Positions 1 through 13,830 of a stretch of DNA of 64,000 nucleotides are shown one piece after another; position 1 is the stretch's first letter; each line of letters opens with the position of its first letter. Made by a program: the position numbers and the translations under genes. The notes under the pieces were generated by a model. It saw nothing but the letters and a program-made list of their open reading frames with translations. It was not told where the DNA came from and did no database searches. Source of the DNA: Phoronis australis (Eukaryota > Animalia > Phoronida); contig NMRA01000219.1 of NCBI GenBank assembly GCA_002633005.1, positions 353,251 to 417,250 of the forward strand. The letters run 5' to 3'.

Positions 1-979
1 AATAATCACAAACCTTACCTTTGTATGAGGTCGTGCTTACTTCCTCTCATAGAAGCACCCTTTTTACGCAATCTCAGATTCAGTTGGCACGGCTGCAAGC
101 CATTTCACCGTGTATTTAAAGGGCTCGCGAAATCGAGGCTGTTAATCTATCACCACTAGTACACTCACGCCCTCTAGTTATTGCAGATTTACCGAATAGC
201 CCCATTGACGTCTATCTTCCAAGTTAAATTCAGGAATCAACTAAATGCCAGAGATTGGACATTATGGTGCTACGCGGGTGGGTTTTCCCACAATTCCCGT
301 GTAGGCAGAATTTGAAAGGAGTTTTTAGATTTTAAACCAAAGTTTTGAGGGTTGTCGAGGATTACGGAGCATCATGTTGTTTCGAAGAACAAATGGGAAA
401 GGTGTTTTAATATCTCTTAATAGGCCAAACCCGGTTTGATACTTTTTTTAAAATAGAGGAAACTGGTTTTCAAAATGCGAGACCCCTGTAAGTGATTGTT
501 ACCGTACGTTTTGTTAGCTAATATTGCAGGGGATTAAATGGAAGGGTGGGAAATTGAACAAAAGCACTTGCTGTGTGCATTTTAAGGATACAGAGAGCTC
601 TCTCATATACTGTGCCCTTTTGGCTTCTCATATTCACTTTGACCTTTCGACAGGTCTCCATGATGTTGCCTTCCACTTTCTCTGAGCAGTACATTCGAGT
701 GCACTGTAAGAAGAGTGACCCGCAGGAGCTGGCTATTGCCAACCTGTCCTTCAGGAGATGGTGCCAGAAGAATGGCATGGAACCGGATATGGTACTGTTG
801 GTGGTATCGGTTCACTTTTTAACATAGCCAGCCTGCTAGCTGCATGAAGACAAAATACAGCTAGGTTGAACTCCGTTAGACCTAGCCTTGGTGCACAGGT
901 TAAGCTAAATATACAACTTTGCGCCCATGTGGGTAAAAGTACTGAATAAAATCAAACACAAAATTAGTGTCATTAAAAA

Positions 980-1450
980 CTGGGCAATTCCATTTGTGAC
1001 GGATGTACAATCACAGAACATTTGGATCAATGGTGAAAAAATCCACCAAGGAAAATAATTAATACATCAATTGTTAGGTCTCATTAATAGGCTTCAAATC
1101 ATGTATCAACTTTTATCTTTTTATCTGATTGAGATATTTGCCTTAAAAGGGGTGTGACGAACGTACGCAAAGAATTTGACTTTTTGAAAAAAATTAACGT
1201 TAATGTTCTGTGAGTTGCATGAAGTTACAATTTTCTAATGCTGATTTAGTGGATAGTTTGCGAAGTAAAACATACTATTTTTTTGGTGATATCTTCTAAG
1301 AAATTTTGTCATACAACTCGAAGTGGACGTACGTGACGGACGTACGCTCTGAATTTCTAGTATTAAATCGTTTATTGTGCCTAGGATATTACTTTAGAAT
1401 ACTTCAAACTTCCGTTTTTTTTCTATTGGTCTTTTGCTACTGATTCGTTG
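980..1450. mobile_element. End of a non-autonomous DNA transposon with subterminal GTGACGGACGTAC-like repeats
   Basis: Motif recurs near 996, 1154, 1322 and 1333; partner end not found. Confidence 0.35.
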
Positions 1451-2534
1451 ATTTTTAATCAAAATACACTAACTCATTGCACAAAATCAACACCTGTTCT
1501 TTTAAAAGCATAATACAGATTCAAGACTTCTATTAAGTAAACGTGACTATCCAAAATCAAAAAAAATGTGAAATAAAGTTTAAAACATCACTAATTATCA
1601 TTATAATAATAATGGACTTTCATGATTTGTTTTTTAAATAGGACTTGCTCTCAGCTTGTACAGACATGTCATTGCTTGGAAATGTTGTCTTTGCACTTCC
1701 TTGGTGTTTTTAGTTTTCAGTAGTATTGCGCAATCAATTTTTGTTCTTCAAAACTGAATTTTTGCTTGACCTGATTCCTGTGCACGTCATGACTGCCGTA
1801 CCCACGTTAAAAATAAGATGTAGCCGCGCAGTAGGCCCGCGCAGAATCTCAGTGATCCACGGGAACTAAACTCCAGGCGTTGAAGTGAGTACTTTGGGAC
1901 ACACGCCGTATCATTTTCCCCATAAACCAGAAACTGGACTGCCGGTCGTGTTTCAACAATGGATTTTGAAACAGTTCCAAAGGTACTATATACCAGGGAC
2001 CTCGGGACCTCGCCTTTTCAAAAAGCACCTTAAAATAATGACCATAATAAAATAAAGTTTTCCCGAAACTGGATCACAATAAAGCGAATCTTGACCTTAG
2101 AGCCAGCGCTGCCTGTCTCAAGCTGACCAGTAACTAGCTTTAGTTCATCGGGATTTTCGTATTTTGACACTGTTAGATCTCAGCTACCAGGGGCGGATCC
2201 AGGATTTTGAATTGGGGGGGGGNGGGGGGGGGCAGGGCAGAGTATTAGCCAGGATTTCGGTCGTCAGACATTCCCAACCCCGTACTGCCAAATGGAATCT
2301 GGAAGAATTTTAACATTGTGAAATGGTTGCCATAATTTCAGGGATTCAGTGACCCATCCATGTACCGGAGGCAACTCGAGCAATCCCAGCCCAGTTCTCA
2401 CACCACCTGAAAAGAACTCCCAGCAGCTTGGTAAACGTGACAAAGTGAAGCCAAACGTGCTACGGCACTGAGTTCTAGCGTACGGATTTTGGTGATAGAA
2501 GATTTGTCCCACTTGTGGGAGTAGGCGTGGAGCG

Positions 2535-2890
2535 TGCAAAATGGAGAAGGAAGGGGTAAAATGAGAGGGGAGAGGGAGGGTATAAATTAGAAAGGGATGG
2601 TGCAAATTGGAAAGGGTAACGGTAAAATGGGGAGGGAGGTAAAATGGGAAGTAGGGTTAAAATGGAGAGGGAGGAGGTAAAATGAAGAGGGAAGGTGCAA
2701 AATGGAGAGGGGGAAATGGGCAGAGATGATGAAAAAAAGAAAAGGGAGGGTAAAATGGAGAGGAAGGGCACAAAATAAAGAGGGAGGGGGTAAGTTGGAA
2801 AGGGAGGTGTCACATTGATTGGAGCAGGTGTGGAGGGAGACAAAATGGAGGGAGGGGTACATTAATGGGAGTTAACGAGGGGAGGGAGAG
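2535..2890 (+). repeat. Purine-rich degenerate minisatellite (about 20-nt AAAATGGAGAGGGGAGGGT units)
   Basis: Visible directly; generates spurious Pro/Leu/Phe ORFs on minus. Confidence 0.85.
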
Positions 2891-3552
2891 GTGTGTTTTT
2901 TACATGTTATTTACTTGGTGTTTGTTCTTTGTAATGACTTTATCATTTAAAATCAGACCTTAAAACATTCTTTAATTTTGTAGCAAAGAATAATGTTTTA
3001 GTATTTTACTAATTTGGTATTTATTAGGTGTGTTTGTGATTAGCACTCATTTATTTATGGTTGTTTTTATGCATGTTGTTTGGATAATCTTTTCATTTTG
3101 AATTGAACACAACTTATGCATATATTTAGTGTCGCTGTAATGTTTACTAAAGGGCCACATTAGTTTGAGAGTGCAGTATATCTACAAGAGATTGTCTAAC
3201 TGTTATATTCTGAAAGCTTTGTTTAAAAATGAGTGTTTTGTCTGGTAATTAACAATCTCTACACAAAATATATAATGAGAAAATGTGGTCCAAGCTGTGT
3301 TGTAAGAGTGGCGAGTTCCATGTGTGTGCGTGTGTGTGTTTCATCTGTAACAAAATGCTTGAGATTTTTAATTAGATTAACCTCTGCAACCGAACATGAT
3401 GATACATATTGCAGTTGTCTATCCTCTATGTGAGCTCTTTTCACAAACTGATTATTTTTATCTTTTAATTGTTTGTGGTGTTTCTCATTTTAAGTAATGA
3501 CTAGAAGTGGTTAATGTTTTATTTGAAAGTTAACTTGTACTATCTTTGTAAT

Positions 3553-6500
3553 CATGAGCGGCGCACCATAGGGAGCTGGGGAGCTATAGCCCCCCACCAT
3601 TTTCAGTGCTACGCTGCACATGGTAATAGATACGTCAAGTTTCGTTTGTATCTTAAACATACACCTGGGTTTTACTCAAGAATTTGGCATATAGGTGTGC
3701 GGCTCAATCGCGGATATATTTTCATATGTAGGCGCATGGTCCAAATTCCTGAATATATCGTACCCATTAGTACTAAACTTAGTGTCAGTAGAGGTGTCAA
3801 GAGCAGGAATGCATTCACAGTTTAAAATAGCATTTTAAGGGAATTGTAACGGGTCATCGATATTTTGAAAAATGTAACGTACGCACATTGTATCAAGTTA
3901 TCTTTATTCTCATTGCTACCTTAAACTTGTCAACAATAACATTATTTATGCACCAAATATGCTAATTGTTTGAGAAGATTTCATCTGATTTTTCCTTTGG
4001 GTTCAAGCTTTATCAGCTGTTTTCACGGTGTCAAAATTTTAATGCTTTTGAAAACAGTTTTGAATATTGATTTTTTGCTACCTAAGACAAGTGCAGGTTT
4101 TTGTGTTAATCTAGTCACATACTGCTGGAAAATTAATGTCGCCAAAAACATTGGAAATCTAAAAGTCTAAACACAGCTGATGAAGATTCTTACATAGTTG
4201 AAATCGGAGTCCTCTTCAACACGTGGTGTATTTGGCACATACTGTATCTAGAGGGATGCCAAGTGTACCCACGACAAATATAACTATCATTTTAACATGT
4301 ACTTCAATCTGTGAATGTTGTATACTAAAACAGTTTTGCAATGGTTGACAAAATATGAGGAATTCTTCTTGGAAACTAGAGTTCATAAGATTACATTCTT
4401 AAATTTTGATTTACGGTAAAAATTCTTCAGTTGGGTGAAAAAAATAATTGCAAAAATTGCCATATTTCTATTTCAGAGACTTACTCTTTGTTGCAAATGC
4501 TCAATTTTTTACCAAATGTTGTTTGATTTTCCTGAAAAAATTATTTTTATTGAAGATTTGAAAAACAGAATTTCTTGTGTCGCCATATCGTGTCCCAAAT
4601 TGAATAATTTTTGCTGTAAATAATATTGTATTCATCATCAATCACTTTTGTTATCAAGCTTTCATCGTTGACTTTATGCTGACAGGGTGGTTAGTTAAGT
4701 TAATTTCTTTGTATCCAAGAAGCTCTAAATATATGCATTCTTGCTAAAGCTTGGATTTTATTTAAAACTGCCATTTTCCTTGTTTTGAAAGGTGACTGCA
4801 TTCAGCTTCAAACCTTCCTTTAGGGCACTGCAAGTCATACTCATGAATTCAATGTCCTAGAAACGAGAAAATAGAAGGAAAACGCCTTGATTGAAAGTTT
4901 CTTAGCTCCACGGACAAGAGCGTATGAATGTACCCCTCCCCAGAGTGTGTCAAGTCCACCAACAAGCGAGTTTCTTTTACAAACATGTACCATATCCGCG
5001 GCTCTCCAATGTGCCGCTGGAAAGTGACGAAACGCAACATGGTAAATTACTAAGTTGTCACAACCACCACATACGTAGTGCCTTGCCATTCCTAGTTATA
5101 CCATAAACCACGGGGAAAATGAGCAGCAGTACCTGACCTTTTTCCACACAATTTATGTAGGATGACTAGAGATGTGATTGGTTGTCCTGATTTTTGGTAG
5201 TATGTAACTCGCGACCGGCTAATTAACATACAAAATAGTGTTTGCGGGTGTTTTAATTTGACAGCTGATCGACTGGTGTTTTGGTGTTTTTGATGCAAAA
5301 TTGGTGATTTTAAGCGCTTTAAATATGTCACACAAAGAACAGCATTAACCTGCTTCATCCAGACAACATAAGTCATTCATTTTAAAGAATTTATTGAAAG
5401 CATAACTTGTATGCAAGAGTATTTGCCATTTTCTGGCCACACCTAATAGGAAATACAAACAAAACACAAGAATTAAATATAAAAGCATTAGGAAGCATGC
5501 CCATATTACTTCNACCCCTCCCCCGCCATTACCCGCCATCACGATATAAACCCCCTGTCCAGCGCCTCTAAATACGTCATCACAGCCAACGCCCCTGTTT
5601 TTTGGAACAACCGACAGTTCGTTGGAGATTCCGTTTTTATAATTCTAATTAAAAACTAATGTCCCTTTATTGTCGTAAGTTGCATTTGCTCCTGTTGTAC
5701 TCAGCAGAGAAATAAAATACACCATTTTAACTACTAAACTACGAGTAATAAATATTTTCGTACCTAGCTACGTCACCGGAGTGAGAACACTGAGCAGGGA
5801 AAACAAATGCTTTAATAAGGGCGTCATTTTTATACGCCTACACATGTATATGTGGAGGCATATTGCCGCCTGTACGGCGTCCGCTGCTGTATCTTGTAAA
5901 AATGCCTTGTAGATTCTTACTAGATGCCTATTAGTATGGGTTTTATTTTTTATATGTGCCTCTGTATCTTTGAGTCCCTAGGTGGATTTTCATGAAATTT
6001 GGCAAACAGGTGTCTACTGAGGCGGCGATAACGCCTTCCAATTTTCGGATGGACTTAACATATTTTGTGCCACCTGCTGGCCAAATTAATTTTTTGAGTC
6101 CTTTTCTGTTATTAGCCTCTCCATACGCTAAAAAATTCAGAGGATCATCATTGGTAGATTTGTACCTGATGAGAAGATCGTAACTGATGTTGATTTTCGG
6201 ACGGTTTTTACTGTTCTGGCGCCGCTATTGGCAATTTTGTTGTTATGTGTCAATAGCTGTAATTCGTTAAGTCTTTGGAGGATCATGATGGTTTTTGTTC
6301 CTATGGAGATGGCACCAAATGACAAGAGTTTCATACCAATCCGACTACAGCTGAGCCCCTAGTGCATGGCAATTGATATGCTTACAGTTGCCTCTCTTAT
6401 TTGGCAAATAGGTTTCCATTAAAGAACGCCTTTTCATTGTTGGGCAGAGTTGACATATCGTGCGCCACCTACTGGCCATTTTAATCATTTTGTTTTTTAA

Positions 6501-7684
6501 ACTTAGCAGTTGTGTTCCTATGACCACGACTGACGCTGATTTCTAGATGGGGTCTCACAACTGTGGCAGCCCCTTGTGATAACTTTGGGAATTCTTTTGC
6601 GGCCACAACTATAGGTCTACTAACGTGACAGTGACTGCCCACGACTACCCACTAAAGGCAATTAGAGTTTTTACGTTTACATCTTTGGAGTCCTTTAGTG
6701 AATTTTCATGAATTTTGGCAGTTTTGTAATAGATAGACGATACTAACCCAATTTCTGACGGGTTCGACGTATTCTGCGCCATGTAAAAGTCATTTTATGA
6801 TACTAAAAATTCCTCTTCAAGCACACCGTTTGCGGTGCAGTAGTGGATGCATTTCAACGCTCTGCGTTGCTCTTTTAATATTGAGTTACAACACTATCAA
6901 CCTGTCACTCCGTGGTCAGTCTCCACTAAATCAGCACTCCAGGGAGCAAAATTTGAGATTTAACAAGGAAACTTGAGGTATACCGGGTAAGTAAAAAGTA
7001 AGTAAAGCAATTCTGTTATATTTAATGTAATAACCAAAAAAAATCCGTCACAACACTACATATATGCAAAATAAGCGAACTGCAAAACATTACCATGCCC
7101 GTCACTAGATTACCTGATCATGCCCTAATGTGTTTCGTCACTGTGATGATCATCAGTGATGACGTAATATGTGAACACTCTCTTTATGAGCAAAAGGGAA
7201 CTCGACATTTACTAGGGTCGCTATAGTGAAACAATGCACATTCGCATACAAATACCTTCACACAGGCAACCTTATAACACAAATGCCTCCACACTCATTA
7301 CCTGCTTTCTGCTCTGTAATCAGATGTCAAAAAGTGGAACCTTTATTAAAGCCACATAATAAATATCGAGTTCCCAATCCTGCCAAAATCTGCCTGTGGG
7401 CTCGTACAGTCTACAACTAACCTGCAGCCTTGTTTTCGCATACACTGACTGGATTCCCAAGACCAGTATTTGAACATTTTGATTTTTCAAAATACAGATG
7501 GCAAACTGAATTCTAGTCGAGTTTGGAAAAAGGACCGCTCACACATGGGTGGCACAGCAATAAAAAAGTAGGGGCTATAGTCCCCCATCCCCATACGGTG
7601 CAACGCGCATGGTCTATGAGCGCGGAAGCACTGAAAAAAATTGGGGAGCTATAGCCCCCAGCCCCCTATGGTGCGCCGCAAATG
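3553..7684. mobile_element. Putative composite DNA element bounded by about 40-nt inverted repeats
   Basis: CATGAGCGGCGCACCATAGGGAGCTGGGGAGCTATAGC at 3553 versus its near reverse complement ending 7684; no TSD seen. Confidence 0.5.
5827..6876 (+). mobile_element. Non-autonomous Helentron-type (HINE/DINE-1-like) repeat, apparently with both ends
   Basis: Starts TTTTTATACGCCTACAC...GTGGAGGCATA hairpin; internal AAATTTGG / CCxxTAGTGGC units; ends GTGGATGCAT plus CAACGC-TCT-GCGTTG hairpin plus T-run. Confidence 0.6.
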
Positions 7685-10099
7685 TCACAGAGCCATTAGG
7701 CCCATTTTACCCAAGCCCTTATGCCACACCTAAAATAGTTCTTTCACATCAAGCTAGTTCAAGGTAAGACTTTGACAAGTTGAACAAGCAATGTACAATC
7801 TGACATGATGGCGGGATGGCATCATAATCCAGCTATGTGTCATGTCCATAGAAGTCCATTCCCGCTCATCCACCAGGCACGCGTTCCGTAGACACGAGAA
7901 CCTGACGAAAACGCATGACCAAACAAAAGTGCGAGATAACAAGTGAAGCACGTGGGCACTCCGGCCTCCTTTGCGATATTCTCAGTTTCGTCTGAAGAAC
8001 TCGGACAAGATTGTTTCAACCAGACGCTCAGATGGGATGGGACATCCCGAGTACAACTTATGTGCGACCGGCCCTAACAAACAAAACACTGCAATTTTAC
8101 ATATAAAAAACATTAACAGTATTGGTACTACATTTAAACACATTTGATGATAGCTAAAAAAAGCATTTAGAAAAATCATTTGCCTGCAAAATATGATATG
8201 GTGTGGTCGTGTGCAAGTAAAATTAAATACAAAAAGTAAATTCAATTGTTTTTATAATTTCGTGTACAAACAAACATCGAAATAAAATGTCCATTGATCT
8301 TATTTAGCTAACGGCATTATATTAACACCAAAGAAATTGCGATAGAATAAGTTTTTCATACAATGTGACAATGTTGATCAGGTAAACATCACGAAGTTCT
8401 AACATTGGTTATTTTGAAAAGGTAACGAAGCCGTATTTAACAAAACAGACTGGCTTCCATGAAATTAGACCAAGATCTACAGCTCCTCTAGGTATGTGAC
8501 CCCACTTTAGACCTGGGTCAGAAAAGCCTGGGCAATCCACTCTTTGAAAAGACCTTTAGATGAGGGTGGAAACAACGTTCGAGTCATAAACTACGAACAA
8601 GTTCATAATAAGGGAAATTTTTACCCGATTTCGAAACAAATTGTTTGCTGTGAGGTGTAAATCAAAGCTCCAATAAGGCTTACTTCCATCACAAATGAAC
8701 CTTTGGTTAAGTCAAGTTGCCATAAAAATTGGTTTCAAATTGACCCTTTTCAAAATAATAGGTGACTTTTGTTAGAGATCAGGCAAAAACAAGTTGGCTC
8801 GTCATGGTGGCTCGTTCCTTTTCCAAGAATGGTTTCTAAGCAATGGCAATTCTTTCCAAACACTTCGCAAAAATCACTTCTCAACAAATTGAGACTAATT
8901 CTACAGTGGCAAGTGGCCTAAGTAAATCAGAACTTGGTTTATTTGACAAACCTGTTTTGAAGCAGATCTTAAGATTCATTTCCCATCATGTGACCACCTG
9001 GAAAGTGTGCAGCATTCAAAACGCTTAACTTGTAGTTTGAAAAAAATTAACAAATTTCAACAAAGGTGTGAGACGGAATGAAGAGCCTCTATTTCCTTTC
9101 CACTTTACAAGGCATATAACACATAGGATTATAACCAGGTTCCAAACATTGTATGTATTTGTCTCAGACATGTGAACTTTAACAAAAGGCAAAACATGTT
9201 TTATGAAAGAAATTTCACAGGATTTAGTACCAACAAGAATGACTTTGAACCAGTGGTATATGTTTATAACCCCTAAGGTCATAGATGAATGGAACAATTA
9301 TATTGGTTATTCCTTTGTAATCAAGACCCCCATGAGCCTGCAGGTGCATAAAGTTGCTACAGGATAAATTACCCACCATGTACTCTGAATAGCCTTGCCC
9401 GGAATGGAACATGTGTTGTAATTTTAGGTGTTTTCTTTGCTCACTCTCCTCTTGGTCTTACTCCAGATTTGATTATAATTAAATGCCAAATAAGACTTAT
9501 TAAGTGAAACTGGAACTTGTGCATGGGAAAGGAATTCAAGAAACGAATGATTTAGACATTTAAAAGAGGGCCACAGAAAAAATTGTTGAGGGTCGAGAGC
9601 ATACCGTATGAACTCAGAATGTCCATCCACTATTTAAGTTACTCATCTCCACTTGTATGTCAGTTCACAACTGGTTATTCAGACTGTTTCTCATATTCAA
9701 TTCTACCATGTAACTATTTTAAATTAAATTTCAGTTGAGATTTGAAAGACAAGTGTAGAATACAACATTACATCCTTTGGTTTGATGGCTTGAGGCAAAA
9801 TGACTAAGATGTACATAATATGGGTAGTGTTCTGAATTTTACATGCATTCATTAATTTCATCTTCCTTTGATTGCTACTTAGACATCATCAACTTAACGT
9901 ACAACCTAAGTCATTTTTAAAAATGTAATTTAAAAAATTTGACATGAAGTTCCTATAGTAGGCCCAAGACCATATTTGGTGTTGACTTTGATGATAATAA
10001 GGTATTCCTATTCTTCGATATAGTAAATACCACACAGCTACAGTAATTGTTTGACTAAGCATGGAGCTTCAGGGGTAGACCTATTGCCTATTTCACAAA

Positions 10100-11110
10100 C
10101 TGAGAAGATGGCGGAAGAGTTTGTTTAACAAACTTGATGTGGTTTGCATCACAGTTAGCCAAATAACATTTTATCAGAGTTGTATAGGTTTACAGTACTA
10201 GTGTTCTTTCAGAAATTATATATTTTTTGTTTTTATTCTGTTGCATGACAGTGTTGTTGAAGAAAGAAAATTTAGTTATTGTATTGTCCTACTGGTAAAG
10301 TACCAACTAACTCTTCTGTTTTGTGAGTTAATTTTGTGGTAGAACTTACAGTTTTCTGTGGTATACTGAATTTATAGCATATTAAAACTGTCAACAACTA
10401 TGACTGAAGTGGAAGCCATTCCGGCACCTGACTATTGGAAAGGAAACCCGTGCCTGCAAAGAAATCCTTTCCAACAGGGTGTATGACGTTCAGCGTGCAG
10501 GTGGCCATTCCTTCATACACAACTGACACTTTCTGTGCAAGGTCCAGAGCCACTGAAGATATCTCCAAAGACACAGTGGCACCATATTTGCCGCTGAGTA
10601 CTCACCAGCCACAACCCCTCCAAACCAGTAAAACCGACAGAGTCTATCCTGTAGCTAAGCTTTTCTCTCTCCTGTAAGTAGTTGTGGCGTTATTGTCACT
10701 CTCTTGTATTCATACTTCGGTTGGAGACGAGAGGGCTTGTCTTCAACAGTAAAGGTGGTTACACTTATGAAACTACACTGACAGTCTGCCCACCTACCCA
10801 AGAAGAGGTTGGCCGCTTTGTTGAAAGACGGCGGTGCATGAGTTTGACTTAATTCCGTTCAAAATTGAGCTGTGCAAAATTGAGGCAACAACTACCAGAC
10901 CAGTTGTAGCATTACCTAAGGCGACATGGTCAAGATATACGGCTTCTTTTTTATCAGCTGAAAGAAATCAAGCACGGTGATTGATGTTTAAATAAGGAAC
11001 TGGATGCCTTATTTGATGTCAAGGGAGCATTGATGACCCATATCACCTGCATCTGTGTGCGAGGGTGTCCCGCAAAATGCAATTGTTGAACTTGTTAACC
11101 AAGCGTGGTG
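10100..11110 (+). pseudogene. Very decayed SAMD3-like transposon-associated coding remnant
   Basis: Fragments such as MAEEFV and AALLKDGGA...RSKL...KLRQQ with multiple stops and frameshifts; weak recognition only. Confidence 0.2.
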
Positions 11111-12399
11111 TGTCAGATGTCGAATTGGCAACTGTTTTAAAAACTAGCAAGATGCTGGAGGAGTTTGTGTGAAAACTGGAACTTGAGACTGTTTACTTGG
11201 TTTCTTACAATTATTACTCTGCGCGTGTTTCTTCAGTTTTGCTGTTCTTTCAGGTTGTTTCAGGTGAGTTCACATCCCTGAAGTTCAAGGCACTGAAGTT
11301 ACAGACTTCCGCAGACTGCTGGGTAGTATGCTCTCATAGACTGACATAACTTCCTGTCTGGGAGATAACGCACCCTCAGACTGCGATAACTGGGATATAG
11401 GCACTCAAAGACTGTCCTAACTGTCAGGGAAATTGACGACCAGATCACTTAAGGGTGATTGTATATTGCATCTCCTTTGGGCGAAGCAAGAGTCGAGGCA
11501 CCTACAACTGTGTACACTGTCTTATGCTTCTTCTGGCCATTGACGTGGGATCTTGGCCCCCACACAATTTTGGCTGACGACGTTGGATCTTGGCCCTACA
11601 CCATTTTGGCCAACAATATGGGATATTGGCTCCCACATCAGAACTATTACCAGAAACCTAACCAGAAACCTATCCAGTGACATACTGTTGACGCGACGAG
11701 CAGGAGTTGAGCACTTGCAAGAGTTTGGCTAACGACGCGAAATCTTGGCCCCCGCACCAATATTAATACCAGTTTATCTGACACTTGAATAACTGTATTG
11801 CCTATGAGCACATTCCACTACGAACTGAAATTTACGAGCAACTTGAGTAGTCTAATTACAATAGTAATCCCCAGGTGACACTGCCATTTTCTGTAACAGT
11901 GCTTTATAACCATAAATCCAGTTCACAGTCTTGTTTCTTCCCCTGTTAACAGAAGTATTGCAATTACATTCTGTAGCTCAAGTAGTGAATTGCAGGTAAC
12001 CCATGGGTTAAAAAAACTGACACGTTGACCACAGTGGACAAATATACAGTAACACTTTCCAGATTTATAAGGTAAAGTATTTATTCAACTACAGTGCTAT
12101 TGAAAACCTCATAAATTCACTGTAATAGTACAAGGCTAAAGCTTAGTCACACCTTCCCCAGCCTTACAGACAACACAATTATTCAACAGTTGTGTTATTG
12201 AAAGCCTATTATTTTTTGCAGTGAAAAGACAGTAATATTTTACCAGATTTATTACTTGTGAGAAAACCCGAGCAATCCTAGAAAATGCCAAGAAAAGAAA
12301 CAGTCTCATTCTGCGAAGGCTAAGAGGGAAAGCAATGTGCGCGTTCACCTGCTTACGAAATCCAAAATGACACCTTGGGCGAAAATGGCAATGGAAGTA

Positions 12400-13830
12400 G
12401 CAATGCTGTTGGTTCAAATAATAGTATTTGGGCCTCTTACAATCAAAGTCATGGTAAATACTCAATAACATCGACAGGTTGTCAGTGTACGTGTATTTGG
12501 TGTTTCTTGCACAACTCGGCCAGAGTAATGAGAGGAATACACTTCATGCAAGTGACCTAAATAAAGTACTACATGCACGTGACAACTTGTATTACACGAT
12601 AAAACATGGTTTGATTGCTTCCCATGCCTTTGGAACCCCAGCTGTGAGCATTATATCAATCTCTTAGAACGACGGGGTTCATCCAGTTTTAAGAATTAGA
12701 ATATTAAAAGTCTTGTGTTTGAAATGTTCTTCTGACTTTCGTTCATTTCTATGTTCAGCATTACGACATGGTGTCAGGAGTGGTCACGTTTGACGAACAT
12801 TGACTTGTTTATTGATATTCTACGACGAAGTTTGCTAAAATAGATAGATAACTGCCAAAATGAACATTCCAAATGTGCAGACCCCAGAGCCCCTAGCGGC
12901 GGACGTGACAAACAGTAACCCATTGGCGAATTGGGTGCAATGGAAACAGAAGTTTTCCATTTATTTAAAGGCGATCGGGTACGGAGGCTCTTCAGGTGAA
13001 CAAGAAGTGGAACTTTTGCTGAACCACATTGGGGATTCAGTTGTTGATGTGTATGAGAACTTTATGTTCTCGGCCGGAAGTACTGACGCAGACGGTAATG
13101 TAACCAAACCGGAATCTCCAGATGACTATGAACTGGCCGTTTAAAAAATGTGATAAACATTTTTGTCGACGTGATCCACAGCTCATGTTACGGGAACATT
13201 TTTTGCTCAAACTAAAACGTGAGCTAGGTCAGTCTACGATCACTTAAGTCAATACAGTTAAAAAACACGAGGCCGAGTGTAAGTTTCCGCCGTCATTTTT
13301 GCAGGAGGCAATTCATGATAAACTGACATTTTGTAGTGACGATCATAGTAAACTCAAGTTATATGATGTGGGTGCGACACTCACAACTGATAAGGCCGTA
13401 GACATATTGTCCTTGCGTGAAGCTACGCGTAAAGAACTAGATCCACCACATGTGTTTCATATCAATACGAATACTTACAGATTGAACAAACTATCACGTG
13501 TCTATGGGCCATTGAAGTACAGTGATGACTTGACAAGTGAACAATTACCAGATGTTGCTACAGCCCTGCAGTGCCTGCTGCTTGATATTAAACAGGTATT
13601 ACTTATGACTGGTGGCTATTGTATTGCCGTGTTTCGCAAACGGGAGCGGAATATTTGGTTTCCTTGATTTGCACTCCTGAACAAGAGATGGTTTGGCAAA
13701 TGCAAATGGTACAGCTGTATTTGTTTTGCTACCCACATTGGACTGTTTGATAACTAGATTGCATTTGCTTGGTGCCAGTTTACACTTGCCTCCGTCAACA
13801 CAGCATGAAATGATGCCTTTAGAAATTACA
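12400..13830 (+). pseudogene. Decayed herpes-tegument-type (peptidase C76-like) deubiquitinase domain typical of Helitron ORFs, interrupted by a Gypsy insert
   Basis: ASYNQSHGKY..STGCQC, DLNKVLHARDNLY (12430-12600); then GGYCIAVF, DLHS*..DG..NGTAVFV..LDCLI (13440-13830); frameshifts and stops. Confidence 0.65.
12610..13440 (+). mobile_element. Truncated Ty3/Gypsy (Mag-like) LTR retrotransposon: LTR end, PBS, disrupted gag
   Basis: LTR-like end ...ACGACA followed by PBS TGGTGTCAGGAGTGG (12769-12783); gag MNIP..PEPL..NPLANWVQWKQKFSIYLKA..LLLNHIG from 12860, frameshift near 13140, in-frame stop near 13245. Confidence 0.85.

Noticed and set aside
518-827. Overlapping 70-86 aa ORFs
   Set aside because: No recognisable domain or supported exon structure.
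2264-2862. Pro/Phe/Leu-rich minus-strand ORFs
   Set aside because: Artefact of the purine-rich repeat.
4172-4225. CTGATGA...GAAA as a Penelope-type hammerhead ribozyme
   Set aside because: Stem II is mostly wobble pairs and I could not form convincing stems I and III; a covariance-model search would be needed.
9224-9412. GYSEYMVGNL...AHGG similarity to N-formylglutamate amidohydrolase-like proteins
   Set aside because: Only a short motif resemblance; neighbouring frames are full of stops and no exon chain was found.
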